Source: Promethearchaeota archaeon
GTDB lineage: Archaea; Asgardarchaeota; Lokiarchaeia; Sigyniarchaeales; SOKP01
Direction of reading: 5' to 3'
Assembly (NCBI GenBank): GCA_048940445.1
Contig: JBHLON010000036.1
Coordinates: 1-32,811 of the forward strand
Length of the DNA: 32,811 bases
The notes below the pieces were generated by a model. The model was not told the origin of the DNA. It made no database searches and was given only the letters and a program-made list of their open reading frames with translations. Below are positions 1-9,635 of the stretch, piece after piece. The first letter of the stretch is position 1, and the number at the start of each line of letters is the position of its first letter. The position numbers and the translations under genes are program-made.

Positions 1-675
1 ATAGACCCCAATCACAATTTTTGGACTACTTCTCACATATTAAAAAATAAATGGTTAATTGAAGCTCATGCAGGTAACACTGGAACCGTCTATGATTGGT
101 TTAAGAATGCCTTTCTAAAAGAAAAAGCTGATAATGTTGATGTTTTATTTGAATCCTATTTAAAAAATACTGATCCGGGAGCATTTTCAACATTTTCATA
201 TCTAGGTCCTGAAAAAATGAATATCAAAAATCAAACCTCAATTAAGAGAGGTATTTTTATTTTTCCGCCTCCAACGATGATATCTGAAAAGTTGCCACAT
301 CTTGAAGATTTTGCAAGAAGTATAATCGAAAGTATAGCGTACGGAGTTTATGAAAACCATCATATTTTACAAAAATTTGTAGATTTTAAAAAAAAAACAT
401 TTTGTGCCGGAGGATTGACTAAATCATATGAATTCTGCAAAATTTTAGCCAGTATTCTAAATACAGAAATTATAACACCCAATGTTAAGGAATCTTCAAT
501 TATAGGAATAGCAGTAAACGTCCTTAAGACTCTAAATTCATCTCCTGATTTTAAAACGCTTATTAATAAATTTATAAAATTTGAAAAGTTTTCTCCAGTT
601 CCTCCAAACGCAGAAGATTATAAGAAGATTTATAATAAGTGGAAAGCATTTAAACAAAAAATTGATGATTTATAA
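1..675 (+). CDS. FGGY-family carbohydrate kinase, C-terminal part (gene starts upstream of the window)
   Basis: Frame 1 is open from base 1 (IDPNHNFWTTSHILKNKWLIEAHAGNTGTVYDWFK...), so the listed start at 217 is internal. FGGY_C motifs: ARSIIESIAY, AGGLTKS, ESSIIGIA, terminal YKKIYNKWK. Confidence 0.8.
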   Translation: MDPNHNFWTTSHILKNKWLIEAHAGNTGTVYDWFKNAFLKEKADNVDVLFESYLKNTDPGAFSTFSYLGPEKMNIKNQTSIKRGIFIFPPPTMISEKLPHLEDFARSIIESIAYGVYENHHILQKFVDFKKKTFCAGGLTKSYEFCKILASILNTEIITPNVKESSIIGIAVNVLKTLNSSPDFKTLINKFIKFEKFSPVPPNAEDYKKIYNKWKAFKQKIDDL

Positions 676-690
676 AAATATATCCTGTTT

Positions 691-970
691 CTAATTAAAT
701 AAGATGCTTTTTAAATTATTCCCTTGTTTCCAATACTTTCTAAAAAGTTCTTTTAACCACTCTATAAATCGTTTATCTGAGCCAAATTAACACAAGCTAT
801 AATCGATTTTTCCGCTTTTACTTAAAAATAGAATACCTCCTTTATCAGACACTAAAAAAGATAGTACAACTTGATCTAAAACACGAACATTTTTAAAAAC
901 ATCTATATTATTGCAAAAGGCATGCCGATCTTTGAGGTTTCTTCCGATCTTTACTGAATTTAGCAAAATT
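691..970 (-). pseudogene. Decayed remnant of a DUF1724/FilR1-middle-domain-like archaeal regulator C-terminus
   Basis: The minus frame reads ...VRVLDQVVLSFLVSDKGGILFLSKSGKIDYSLC*FGSDKRFIEWLKELFRKYWKQG...*, with an in-frame TAA at 787..789 and no intact N-terminus. The D-Y...D..F..W..ELF..YW pattern resembles that family. Confidence 0.5.
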
Positions 971-1105
971 TTTTTTCAATTAAAGTTTAAATTTCAAATA
1001 AATCATTATTGCTTTTTTTTTCAATAATTTGGAGGATTGATTCTTGAAATTATCTAAGATTTCTTTAAATGCAGTTAATCTTTATCTTATTATAAGGAAA
1101 AAAAA

Positions 1106-1474
1106 TTGTATAATGTGATTCTCTTGAAAGATTTTACAAATATAGAATCTTGTTTAAAAGAAATTGAAAATCGTTATATTAATACAGAAAAAGTAAGAAA
1201 AAAATTGGCCAATTTCAATGAACCGATTCAAATAAAATTTTTAGATACAAATCGGTGTGCATTAATTCTAATTAATAAGGATCAAGGGATTGAAATTAAA
1301 GATCAGTCTAAAGATGAAAATGCTATAGTAAAGATTGAATTTTCAGCAGAACAAGATATGCTTGATTTATTTAATAAAGAACTAGGTGCCGTAAAAGCAT
1401 ATTCTAGCGGGAAAATAAAAATTCTAGAAGGTAATATACGCAATTTAATGAAACTCAAAAGTCTAATGTTTTAA
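1106..1474 (+). CDS. SCP2 sterol/lipid-binding domain protein
   Basis: C-terminal SCP2 signature DMLDLFNKELGAVKAYSSGKIKILEGNIRNLMKL. The true start may be a few codons downstream. Confidence 0.7.
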   Translation: MYNVILLKDFTNIESCLKEIENRYINTEKVRKKLANFNEPIQIKFLDTNRCALILINKDQGIEIKDQSKDENAIVKIEFSAEQDMLDLFNKELGAVKAYSSGKIKILEGNIRNLMKLKSLMF

Positions 1475-1498
1475 ATAGCATAGAATGGAGGTTTTAAA

Positions 1499-3178
1499 AT
1501 GAAAGCCTTAATAACTGCAGAAATTTCGGATGATGTATTAAAAAAGCTCAGAAATCTTATCGAGATCACTTATGAAAGTTGGAGAGATACAGGAATTATT
1601 TATTTTGATTCTAAAGAATTAGTAAAAAAGCTAAATGGATATGACATTTTTATCACTGCAGCCGATGATTTAAAAAATTCAGAAATCTTTGACAAAACAA
1701 AACTCAAATTAATCATTTCTTGTAGAGGAGATCCTTTTAATATAAATTTAGATGCGGCGACAAGGAATAAAATTCCTGTGATTTTTACACCACTTAGAAA
1801 TGTTGATACTGTGGCTGAGCTTACAGTTGGATTAATGATCGCTTTGGCTCGAAAAGTAACATCAATAGACAGGTATCTTCATTCTAAAGACTTTGAAGTA
1901 GTGGATTTTGAAGATTGGATTCAGCTTTATAATAAATACATGGGAATTGAATTATTAGGTAAAACGATTGGTATTATTGGATTTGGTCAAATTGGTCGCA
2001 GGGTAGCTGAAAGATTGAAAGCTTTTGGAGTTACATTTCAAATTTATGATCCATATTTACCCAATGAAATGTTAGAGGATTATGGCAAAAAAGTTGATAT
2101 CGATAATCTAATGAAAGAGGCGGACTTTATTACAATTCATGCGGTTGCAACAGAAGAGAATGATAACTTAATAAATAAAGAACGCATTAACTTGATGAAA
2201 AAAACTGCTTATCTTCTTAACTTAGCTAAAGGTAGCCTTGTAGATTATGAAGCTTTACTTCCTGCACTGAAAAATAAAAAAATTGCAGGAGCTGCTCTAG
2301 ATGTATTCCCATTAGAACCTATTGATGAAGATAATGAATTTTTGGAGTTAAATAACGTGATTGTAACTCCTCATATGGGAGGTAATAGTAAAGAAGTCAT
2401 AATCCGCCAGTCATCTATGCTTTTTAATGATTTTAAAGCTTGGTTAAATCATGAAAAACCGAAGCATCTTTTAAATCCTGAAGTTAGTGAATCTGCAACA
2501 GAATTTGAATATGATACAGCAGATTTAATAATGATGAAAAGAAAGATTGTTGATACTTGTAAAAAGCTATTAAGTGATGGACATGTTATTGGTTCTGCTG
2601 GAAATGTTAGTGTAAGAGTTAAATCTAATGATAAGGAAATGGTTTTAATAACACCAAGTAACCTAGCTTATGAAGAAATGAAACCCGAAGATATTTTAAT
2701 CATAGATATGGAAGGAAAGGTAGTTGATGGACAGAGAAATCCCTCTGTTGAAAAAAGAATGCATTTAGGTATCTATAAAGAAAGAGATGATATCAATGCA
2801 ATAATTCATGCCCATAGTATCTATTCTACTATATTAAGTACTTTAAATCTCTCTTTACCACCTATAATGGAAGAATTAGTACCATATATTGGCGGAGAAG
2901 TTCTATGTGCTAAGTATGAAGAAGCTGGCACAGCTGAGTTAGCAGAAGAAGTTACTAAGGCTTTAGGAGAAAATAATGCTGTATTGCTTTCAAATCATGG
3001 GAATATTTGCTGTGGAAGCCATTTGGAAGGCGCATATACTGTATTACAATATTTAGAAAGAGGATCAAAAATATATTTTTATGCAAAGTTAATAAAGGAT
3101 CCAAATCTATTGCCGGATGATACTGTTGATTATGAGAAAGATATATTTGAAATATTTAAGGAATCAAAAAAAATTTAA
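1499..3178 (+). CDS. Fusion: D-2-hydroxyacid (SerA-like) dehydrogenase + class II aldolase/adducin-family domain
   Basis: N-terminal GIIGFGQIG Rossmann motif, DVFPLEP and TPHMGG. C-terminal GNVSVR, ITPS, PSVEKRMH, IHAHS and NHG Zn-binding motifs. Confidence 0.9.
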   Translation: MKALITAEISDDVLKKLRNLIEITYESWRDTGIIYFDSKELVKKLNGYDIFITAADDLKNSEIFDKTKLKLIISCRGDPFNINLDAATRNKIPVIFTPLRNVDTVAELTVGLMIALARKVTSIDRYLHSKDFEVVDFEDWIQLYNKYMGIELLGKTIGIIGFGQIGRRVAERLKAFGVTFQIYDPYLPNEMLEDYGKKVDIDNLMKEADFITIHAVATEENDNLINKERINLMKKTAYLLNLAKGSLVDYEALLPALKNKKIAGAALDVFPLEPIDEDNEFLELNNVIVTPHMGGNSKEVIIRQSSMLFNDFKAWLNHEKPKHLLNPEVSESATEFEYDTADLIMMKRKIVDTCKKLLSDGHVIGSAGNVSVRVKSNDKEMVLITPSNLAYEEMKPEDILIIDMEGKVVDGQRNPSVEKRMHLGIYKERDDINAIIHAHSIYSTILSTLNLSLPPIMEELVPYIGGEVLCAKYEEAGTAELAEEVTKALGENNAVLLSNHGNICCGSHLEGAYTVLQYLERGSKIYFYAKLIKDPNLLPDDTVDYEKDIFEIFKESKKI

Positions 3179-3382
3179 GTAAATTATACTCTCAATGTCT
3201 AAATATGACTCTAAAACTAATAAGAAAAAGCTATTAAATTTATTAAGTTTTGTCGTATAATTTAATCTCAATATTATGAATTTAAATCTATAAGAGATTT
3301 ATAGTGCCAATTCCTATTCTATTATGGAATCTAGATAATTTAAGTAAGATATTTATTAATAAAAATCATAATTGGTGATAAT

Positions 3383-5419
3383 TTGTCACAATTAAGGGGG
3401 GTCACTGTTCCATCCATCACATTCTATAATAAAGAATATGAAGTAGATACAGAACTACATGCCTTATTAAATCGCCATCTTCTTGTTAATGGAGCGGATT
3501 CACTCTATTTATTTGGAAGTACTGGTGAGGGGGTGCTTTTCTCATACAATAAAGTTGAAAAAGCCAAACTCATTAACTTAACAATAGAAAGTACCGGTAA
3601 AAAAATTCCATTAATGGTAGGAGTATTGGGAAATGAACGAGAAGAAATAGTTGAGGAAATTAATGACTTAAGTAAAAAATTCAATGAAGTTAACTTTGTT
3701 TTAGCTCCTCCTTATAAAGAAAAAATTGATGATTTACAATCGCATTTTACAGAAATTTTTGACTCAATAAGTATTAAAAATTCTATATTTTTATGCAATA
3801 ATCCAATAGAATTTGGAGGAAATGAAATTACTCCATCGATAGTTAACAATTTGATGGATTATATATCTGGTATAATAGATTCATCTGATAATATAAACTA
3901 TTGGAAATCATATATTCAAATGATAAATGAGGAATTCACTATCTATTGCGGAAAAGAGGAAAATTTTCAGAAATTTCTTCAATTAATACCTCTTAATTTA
4001 CGGAAATCCTGTGGAATAATCCCAAGTATTAGTAATTTAGTAAATATTTGTTCAAAGTTATATTATTGTGCACTTGAAGATAATATTTTAGCACTTCATC
4101 AGTTACAAGACCAAATAAACGATATTAGAAATAAAGTTTATGATATTAAAATTGAGAAAGGAAAAATTCAAAGAGGTTTGAAATATTCATTTTTATATCT
4201 TTATAGAGACATTATTCAAAATTATGACGAAATTTTTAAAAATATAACCCCAGAATTTCAAAGAGAATTAGATGAAATTACTAAAGTTAGGATACAGGCA
4301 ACCATTAATTCTTTATTAAACCAAAAAGCCATTTACCAATTATATTCTCTTGGAAAAGAAGAAATTTACCAATTAGACGATATTATTAAAAAATTTTCCA
4401 ATGTAGATATTTTAAACAAACAAGGCAAAATTAAAAAAATTGTAGGGCCATTTAATGCTCATATAAATACCATTTATCGTGTTAATTTTGAGAATAACCA
4501 GTTAATTTTCAGATTTCGAACTTCAAAATCTTTTAAAAATGAAAATCTAATTAAAGAAAAATTGCTCTTTCCTTTTTTAGATGGTTCGATAAACCCAAAC
4601 TTAATAGACTTTAGAGAGAAAGTAAAAGAAATAATCTCAACTACAAAGGGGGAATATATTTTTAAGGTTGATAGTCCTCCTTTAATCCCTGTAGCTAATT
4701 TAATCTATTATGATGAAACCAAAGAAGCAATTCCATTCTTATTTTCTATACATAATTATATTCATGGAAAAACCCTGAAAAGTTTGTACGAAAAATATAA
4801 AGGTGAAAATTTTAGCTTCAATAAATCAAAATTTCTTAATTTATTTACAGAGATAGGAGAGCTATTAGGGAGACTGCATAATATAAATTTTAAATCATTT
4901 TATAAAGATATTTACGAATTTGGAAAAGAAGGGAAAGAAGATTATATTGAATTTTTTAATTTAAATCTAAATAGACAAATTCAAGTAGTAAAGAAAAATA
5001 ATTTTATTTTAGAAAAACAAATCATGGACTACATAAGTGATAGAATAACATTATTAGAGGGAGATAGCCCTATTTTGATTCATAACGATTTTCAATGGAC
5101 CAATATAATTATTAAAGATGATCCAATAAAGTTTCAGATAAATGGAATAATTGATTTTGATAACTGGATGGTGGGGGTAAGAGCACAAGATTTTGTGGAA
5201 ATGGAACATCTGACTTTTAAGACAATAGATAATACTGAAATAAGAAACAAATTTTATGAAGGTTATCAAAAATATTATAAAGTTAATAGCGATTTTCATA
5301 AAAAAATTGATTTATTTTCTGTTTTGTATTATTTAAGAGAATACAATAATGCGATACAAGAACGGTTAAATCCAAATTTATCCTTAGAGAAACTTCAACA
5401 GATTTTAGATCATATTTAA
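3383..5419 (+). CDS. Fusion: DHDPS/NAL-family TIM barrel (probably inactive) + APH-family phosphotransferase
   Basis: N-terminal GADSLYLFGSTGEG and IPLMVGV. C-terminal kinase-like motifs LGRLH, HNDFQWTNII and IIDFD. Confidence 0.8.
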   Translation: MSQLRGVTVPSITFYNKEYEVDTELHALLNRHLLVNGADSLYLFGSTGEGVLFSYNKVEKAKLINLTIESTGKKIPLMVGVLGNEREEIVEEINDLSKKFNEVNFVLAPPYKEKIDDLQSHFTEIFDSISIKNSIFLCNNPIEFGGNEITPSIVNNLMDYISGIIDSSDNINYWKSYIQMINEEFTIYCGKEENFQKFLQLIPLNLRKSCGIIPSISNLVNICSKLYYCALEDNILALHQLQDQINDIRNKVYDIKIEKGKIQRGLKYSFLYLYRDIIQNYDEIFKNITPEFQRELDEITKVRIQATINSLLNQKAIYQLYSLGKEEIYQLDDIIKKFSNVDILNKQGKIKKIVGPFNAHINTIYRVNFENNQLIFRFRTSKSFKNENLIKEKLLFPFLDGSINPNLIDFREKVKEIISTTKGEYIFKVDSPPLIPVANLIYYDETKEAIPFLFSIHNYIHGKTLKSLYEKYKGENFSFNKSKFLNLFTEIGELLGRLHNINFKSFYKDIYEFGKEGKEDYIEFFNLNLNRQIQVVKKNNFILEKQIMDYISDRITLLEGDSPILIHNDFQWTNIIIKDDPIKFQINGIIDFDNWMVGVRAQDFVEMEHLTFKTIDNTEIRNKFYEGYQKYYKVNSDFHKKIDLFSVLYYLREYNNAIQERLNPNLSLEKLQQILDHI

Positions 5420-5425
5420 AAAAAT

Positions 5426-5839
5426 CTACCAAAAAGCATTCTGAAACTTTTTTATGGTTTTTTCTAGACTTTCCTCAATGTCTTTTTCAAAATTTGAAAA
5501 CCGTGAGCTTTCTCCATCCCAACTGTTAAGAATCTCATCAGAATAACTTTCAAGAAACTTATCAGCAATCTTATTCAACTCTTCAGTTACCTTTTTCTCG
5601 TTAATTTTTTTAGGTGATTTTGCTATAAATAACAAACCTTTTTTCTTGACTAATGTAAATCTTATGTTCTGTATTTCGAAATTTGATAATCCATCATTGA
5701 CTATTTCCTCAGCAAAAGAAGTTAATGCACTCATTAAAGCTCCTAAAAGTTGATCATCAATTTTTTCATCATAAATTCGATGGTATAAGACTATGCCTCC
5801 TTCAGACAAAATCCAGATATCTTGTAAAATTTTAGCCAT
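5426..5839 (-). CDS. Longin-like small domain protein (Asgard type)
   Basis: IWILSEGGIVLYHR...DDQLLGALMSALTSFAEE followed by beta strands and a helix, the longin/profilin-like pattern common in Lokiarchaeia. Confidence 0.65.
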   Translation of the reverse strand: MAKILQDIWILSEGGIVLYHRIYDEKIDDQLLGALMSALTSFAEEIVNDGLSNFEIQNIRFTLVKKKGLLFIAKSPKKINEKKVTEELNKIADKFLESYSDEILNSWDGESSRFSNFEKDIEESLEKTIKKFQNAFW

Positions 5840-5891
5840 TTTTTTTAAGAACTTTAATATTTAATTGGAAAAAAAAAATAATGTTTAATAT

Positions 5892-6650
5892 TTATTTGCT
5901 TTTTGGGCGTATATATCCATAATATGCACCAATAATTCCACAAATTACAAATATCCATCCTAAATAGTAAAAAACTGAGAATGAGAATTCATCTCCACCA
6001 ATTAAAATCATCAATCGATCAAATAAGAAATTTAAAGGTACTAATATGAAAAATATCGACATTAAAGCTAAGGCTAAGAACGCGTTTTTAAAAATTCTCT
6101 CTTTAGTTAATTTATAGGATTGATAAGATCTCCATAGGAATGGAAAATATACAACAGCCATAAAAAGAAACACAAGAAGAAACGCTATTGCATCTAATAG
6201 TGTATTCCCTTTCTGATATATTAGAAAAGAATATCCTGCTGTTATCCCTGCTAAGAGTATCACAAGATATTTTTGGATTTTATTATATCCTTTTCCAAAA
6301 ACATTCACTTTGAGGATATATGATATAAGGATTGCAATCGTGAGAAACACGAAACTAAACCTAAAATCAACAATTCTCAATATTATCCAAGATTGCCATG
6401 TTCCAGGATCAGGAGCTAATTGATTATAAATATACTCCTGGTCAGTAGTTAAAACTAAGACTTTTGAAAGCCATGAGAATATTATTGCAATTACGTAATT
6501 TAAAAATATCAAAAATAGATAAAGGGTTAAGCGATGTTTTTTTTGATAATATTTGATTAAAATTAGAATTAGTAGAAATGTAGCAATGCCAATGATAAAT
6601 GATTCGAAAACCATTCCTACAAATTGTTTAGGAATATCAATGAAAATCAT
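5892..6650 (-). CDS. Seven-transmembrane membrane protein of unknown function
   Basis: Seven hydrophobic segments counted by eye, no soluble domain. Co-oriented directly upstream of the longin-like gene. Confidence 0.7.
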   Translation of the reverse strand: MIFIDIPKQFVGMVFESFIIGIATFLLILILIKYYQKKHRLTLYLFLIFLNYVIAIIFSWLSKVLVLTTDQEYIYNQLAPDPGTWQSWIILRIVDFRFSFVFLTIAILISYILKVNVFGKGYNKIQKYLVILLAGITAGYSFLIYQKGNTLLDAIAFLLVFLFMAVVYFPFLWRSYQSYKLTKERIFKNAFLALALMSIFFILVPLNFLFDRLMILIGGDEFSFSVFYYLGWIFVICGIIGAYYGYIRPKSK

Positions 6651-6775
6651 AAAAATATGATTAAACTAAAGATATTTATATTTTGATTTTTGGAAAAGCG
6701 TTATTTGAAAGATTATTTAAAGTTGATACATTGATAAATTCATAAAATAAACATAATCAATATAATGTAAAAATC

Positions 6776-7699
6776 ATGAGGAACTTTAACAGTGAGTTGG
6801 ATCTTGCTCTTGATCTAGTAAAGGTTGCCACTCGAATCACTGAATGGTTCAGAATGGAGGGATTTGAATCTTTTCTAAAAGATGATGATTCTCCAGTAAC
6901 TTTAGCCGATTATGCTTCTCAACTTTATATCATAAATATGTTAAAAGAAAAATTTCCTAAAGATCAAATCATAGCTGAAGAAAAATTCCATGCTTATCTT
7001 AATAAAGCTACTCAAGATGTAATTAAAAGATGTTATAAATCATTAAGTTTAGATTTGATTGAAGATATAGAAATTGTTTTAAATTATAGAGGAGCATTAT
7101 CCCCACGACAATGGACAATCGATCCTATTGATGGTACTAAGGGTTTTCAAGAAAAACTCACTTATGCTGTAGGGATTGGATTTATGTTCGACTCAGAAAT
7201 AGTTGCAGCAGCAATTGGAATTCCAAATTACAATGAGAAAGGAAAAGCAATCTTTATAGCTGAGAAGGAGAAAGGGACCAAGGCTTCATATGGGGATGAA
7301 AAATTTTATTCTGTGCACGTAAGTACGCAAGAAAATATTGAATTAGCTCAAATGTGTCGTTCCTTACATTATGATAAACCATGGGTTATGGAGTTCGCAA
7401 ATCTGGCAAAAATAGAGAAATTCTTTCAAATTGATAGTATGGCTAAATTTTGCATGATTTCTGACGGGACTGCTGATTTATATATTAAACCTTTAGACAA
7501 AGAAAGGAGTTATTCATGGGACTTTTTGCCTGGAACTTTAATAGTGGAGGAGGCAGGAGGAATTGTCTCTGACTTAAGGGGTAAGGACGTAAAATTTAAA
7601 GACGAAAAATGTGTTACAACATCTCCGGGATTAATAGTTTCTAATGGAATATTACATGAAAAAATATTAAAATATATTAAAAAAATTTCTTATTATTAA
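6776..7699 (+). CDS. 3'(2'),5'-bisphosphate nucleotidase, inositol monophosphatase superfamily (HAL2/CysQ-like)
   Basis: KDDDSPVTLADYASQ, IIAEE, WTIDPIDGTKGF, DSMAKF, WD...EEAGG. Confidence 0.85.
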   Translation: MRNFNSELDLALDLVKVATRITEWFRMEGFESFLKDDDSPVTLADYASQLYIINMLKEKFPKDQIIAEEKFHAYLNKATQDVIKRCYKSLSLDLIEDIEIVLNYRGALSPRQWTIDPIDGTKGFQEKLTYAVGIGFMFDSEIVAAAIGIPNYNEKGKAIFIAEKEKGTKASYGDEKFYSVHVSTQENIELAQMCRSLHYDKPWVMEFANLAKIEKFFQIDSMAKFCMISDGTADLYIKPLDKERSYSWDFLPGTLIVEEAGGIVSDLRGKDVKFKDEKCVTTSPGLIVSNGILHEKILKYIKKISYY

Positions 7700-7703
7700 A
7701 AAT

Positions 7704-8786
7704 TTAAGTAAAATTAAATAAATCTACTTGTTTAGACTCAATATTTTTTGTTAAATTGGATAATTTAATTCCAACTAGTCTAATCTTTTTATTTTTATGT
7801 ATAAATTCATTAAGTAATTCTAAAATGACCTTTAAAACCCTTTTTTCATTTTTTAGGGGATAAGAAAATGATTTTGATCTTGTATAGGTTATAAACCCCT
7901 CTAATCGTATTTTTAATGTTACTGTTCTGTAGAAAATATCTTCTTGATCCAATTTTTTATGTATTTTTTGATTGATGTCCTCTAATTTAGAAATGATTAA
8001 ATCAAGATCCTTAGTATCTTCTGAAAAGGTTCTTTCTTTACTAATTGATTGACGGTCCTCATAAAACTCTTTTACTTCCCGATTATCAAGACCATTTACA
8101 ACTTTCCATATCCACTCACCATGCTTTCCAAAAGTTTCTTTCATTGCTAATGGAGGTGTTCTAATTATGTCTCCAATGGAATATATTCCCTTCTTATTAT
8201 AATAGATTCTTGATTTCTTGCCTATTCCAGGAATACGAGTAATATCTAAATTCTCTAAAAAATCTAAGATTCTAGATGGTTCGATAAGAGTAATACCATT
8301 TGGTTTTTGATAATCTGAAGCAATCTTTGCAATAGATTTAGTTGATGCAATACCTATAGATACAGTAATTCCAACTTTAATTAAGATTTCTTTTTTTAAC
8401 TCTTCTGCATAAAATTTAGCTTCAATAAAATCATTACAGATATCCGTCATATCAAGGTATGCTTCATCAATTCCAACCTGTTGAAATTTAGGAGAGTAAT
8501 GTTTAATAATAGTCATTACCGTCTCTGAAGCTTCAATATATTTTTTAAAATTTGGGTGCAAGTAAATTCCATGAGGACATAGTTTGTAAGCTCTTGAAAT
8601 TGGCATTGCTGAATGTAAACCATATATTCTCGCTTCATAGTTACATGTACTTACCACTCCTCTACCTTTTCCCTCTTTGGGATTTGCTCCTATAATAACT
8701 GGCTTTCCTTTCAAATTTGGATTCTCACGCTCCTCAACTGCAGCAAAAAAGCAATCGAGGTCACAATGGAATATAATTCGACTCAT
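7704..8786 (-). CDS. dinB: DNA polymerase IV (Y-family, DinB/Dbh)
   Basis: HCDLDCFFAAVE, STCNYEAR, IDEAYLD, KIASDYQKPNG, IPGIG and a little-finger C-terminus. Confidence 0.95.
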   Translation of the reverse strand: MSRIIFHCDLDCFFAAVEERENPNLKGKPVIIGANPKEGKGRGVVSTCNYEARIYGLHSAMPISRAYKLCPHGIYLHPNFKKYIEASETVMTIIKHYSPKFQQVGIDEAYLDMTDICNDFIEAKFYAEELKKEILIKVGITVSIGIASTKSIAKIASDYQKPNGITLIEPSRILDFLENLDITRIPGIGKKSRIYYNKKGIYSIGDIIRTPPLAMKETFGKHGEWIWKVVNGLDNREVKEFYEDRQSISKERTFSEDTKDLDLIISKLEDINQKIHKKLDQEDIFYRTVTLKIRLEGFITYTRSKSFSYPLKNEKRVLKVILELLNEFIHKNKKIRLVGIKLSNLTKNIESKQVDLFNFT

Positions 8787-8941
8787 ATTATAACGAAAAT
8801 CTATTTAAAATTTGTATTAAATAGTGCTTATTTTGGTAATATTTACAATAGATATAAAAAAAAGGACTTCTCAAATTTTTCAAAATGATTTTGTTTGGTT
8901 TTTTAACAATGCTTTATAATTAATTTTTAATTTATTACCTT

Positions 8942-9616
8942 ATGTTAAAAGAAAAAGAACCTTTTTACCGAAGTGAAGTGCTTTGGGGGGCTAAAGCAAT
9001 ATATGAAAGGGATTTAGTAGATTTTGGAGAAGGTAATGTTAGTGTGAGAAATGGTAAGGAGGAAGAACTATTTATTACACCCTCTTTTAATAATTATGAA
9101 ACGTTAGTAGAGAATCAAATTGTACATATGAATTTTGAAGGAATAGCTTTAAGTAAAGGAAAATTGCCATCAACTGAGGCAAAAATGCATATCCTCATAT
9201 ATCGTTCTCGACCCAAAGTCCATGCAATAATACATACTCACTCACCATATGCAACAATGCTTTCAATAAATCAAATGAGTGTTCCTATTATAATGGAAGA
9301 ACAAATTGTATTTCTAGGTGGTTCAATAGATGTTTCTGTGTTTGGAGAAGCTCATACAATAGAAATAGGTCAAACTGCCCTTAAAGCATTAAGTAATAAA
9401 AATGCTGCTCTATTGGCTAATCACGGAGTAATAGTATGTGGAAAATCAATTGAACACGCCGTAAAGTTCTCAGAATTAGTCGAAAAATTAGCTAAAATAT
9501 ATTGGGGGGCAATACAAGTTGGCAAACCTAACATTATTTCTAAAGACCAAAGTGATAAATTCATTAAGTTATTTGAAAGTTTATTTGCTAGTTACTCTCG
9601 AATTAAACATAAATAA
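8942..9616 (+). CDS. Class II aldolase/adducin family protein (FucA-like)
   Basis: GNVSVR, ITPS, PSTEAKMH, IHTHSPY, LANHG. Confidence 0.9.
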   Translation: MLKEKEPFYRSEVLWGAKAIYERDLVDFGEGNVSVRNGKEEELFITPSFNNYETLVENQIVHMNFEGIALSKGKLPSTEAKMHILIYRSRPKVHAIIHTHSPYATMLSINQMSVPIIMEEQIVFLGGSIDVSVFGEAHTIEIGQTALKALSNKNAALLANHGVIVCGKSIEHAVKFSELVEKLAKIYWGAIQVGKPNIISKDQSDKFIKLFESLFASYSRIKHK

Positions 9617-9635
9617 CAAAATCTATGATTTAAAT

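Noticed and set aside
9519-9635. N-terminal extension of the TIM-barrel isomerase
   Set aside because: It overlaps the upstream aldolase gene; ATG 9636 gives a normal family start.
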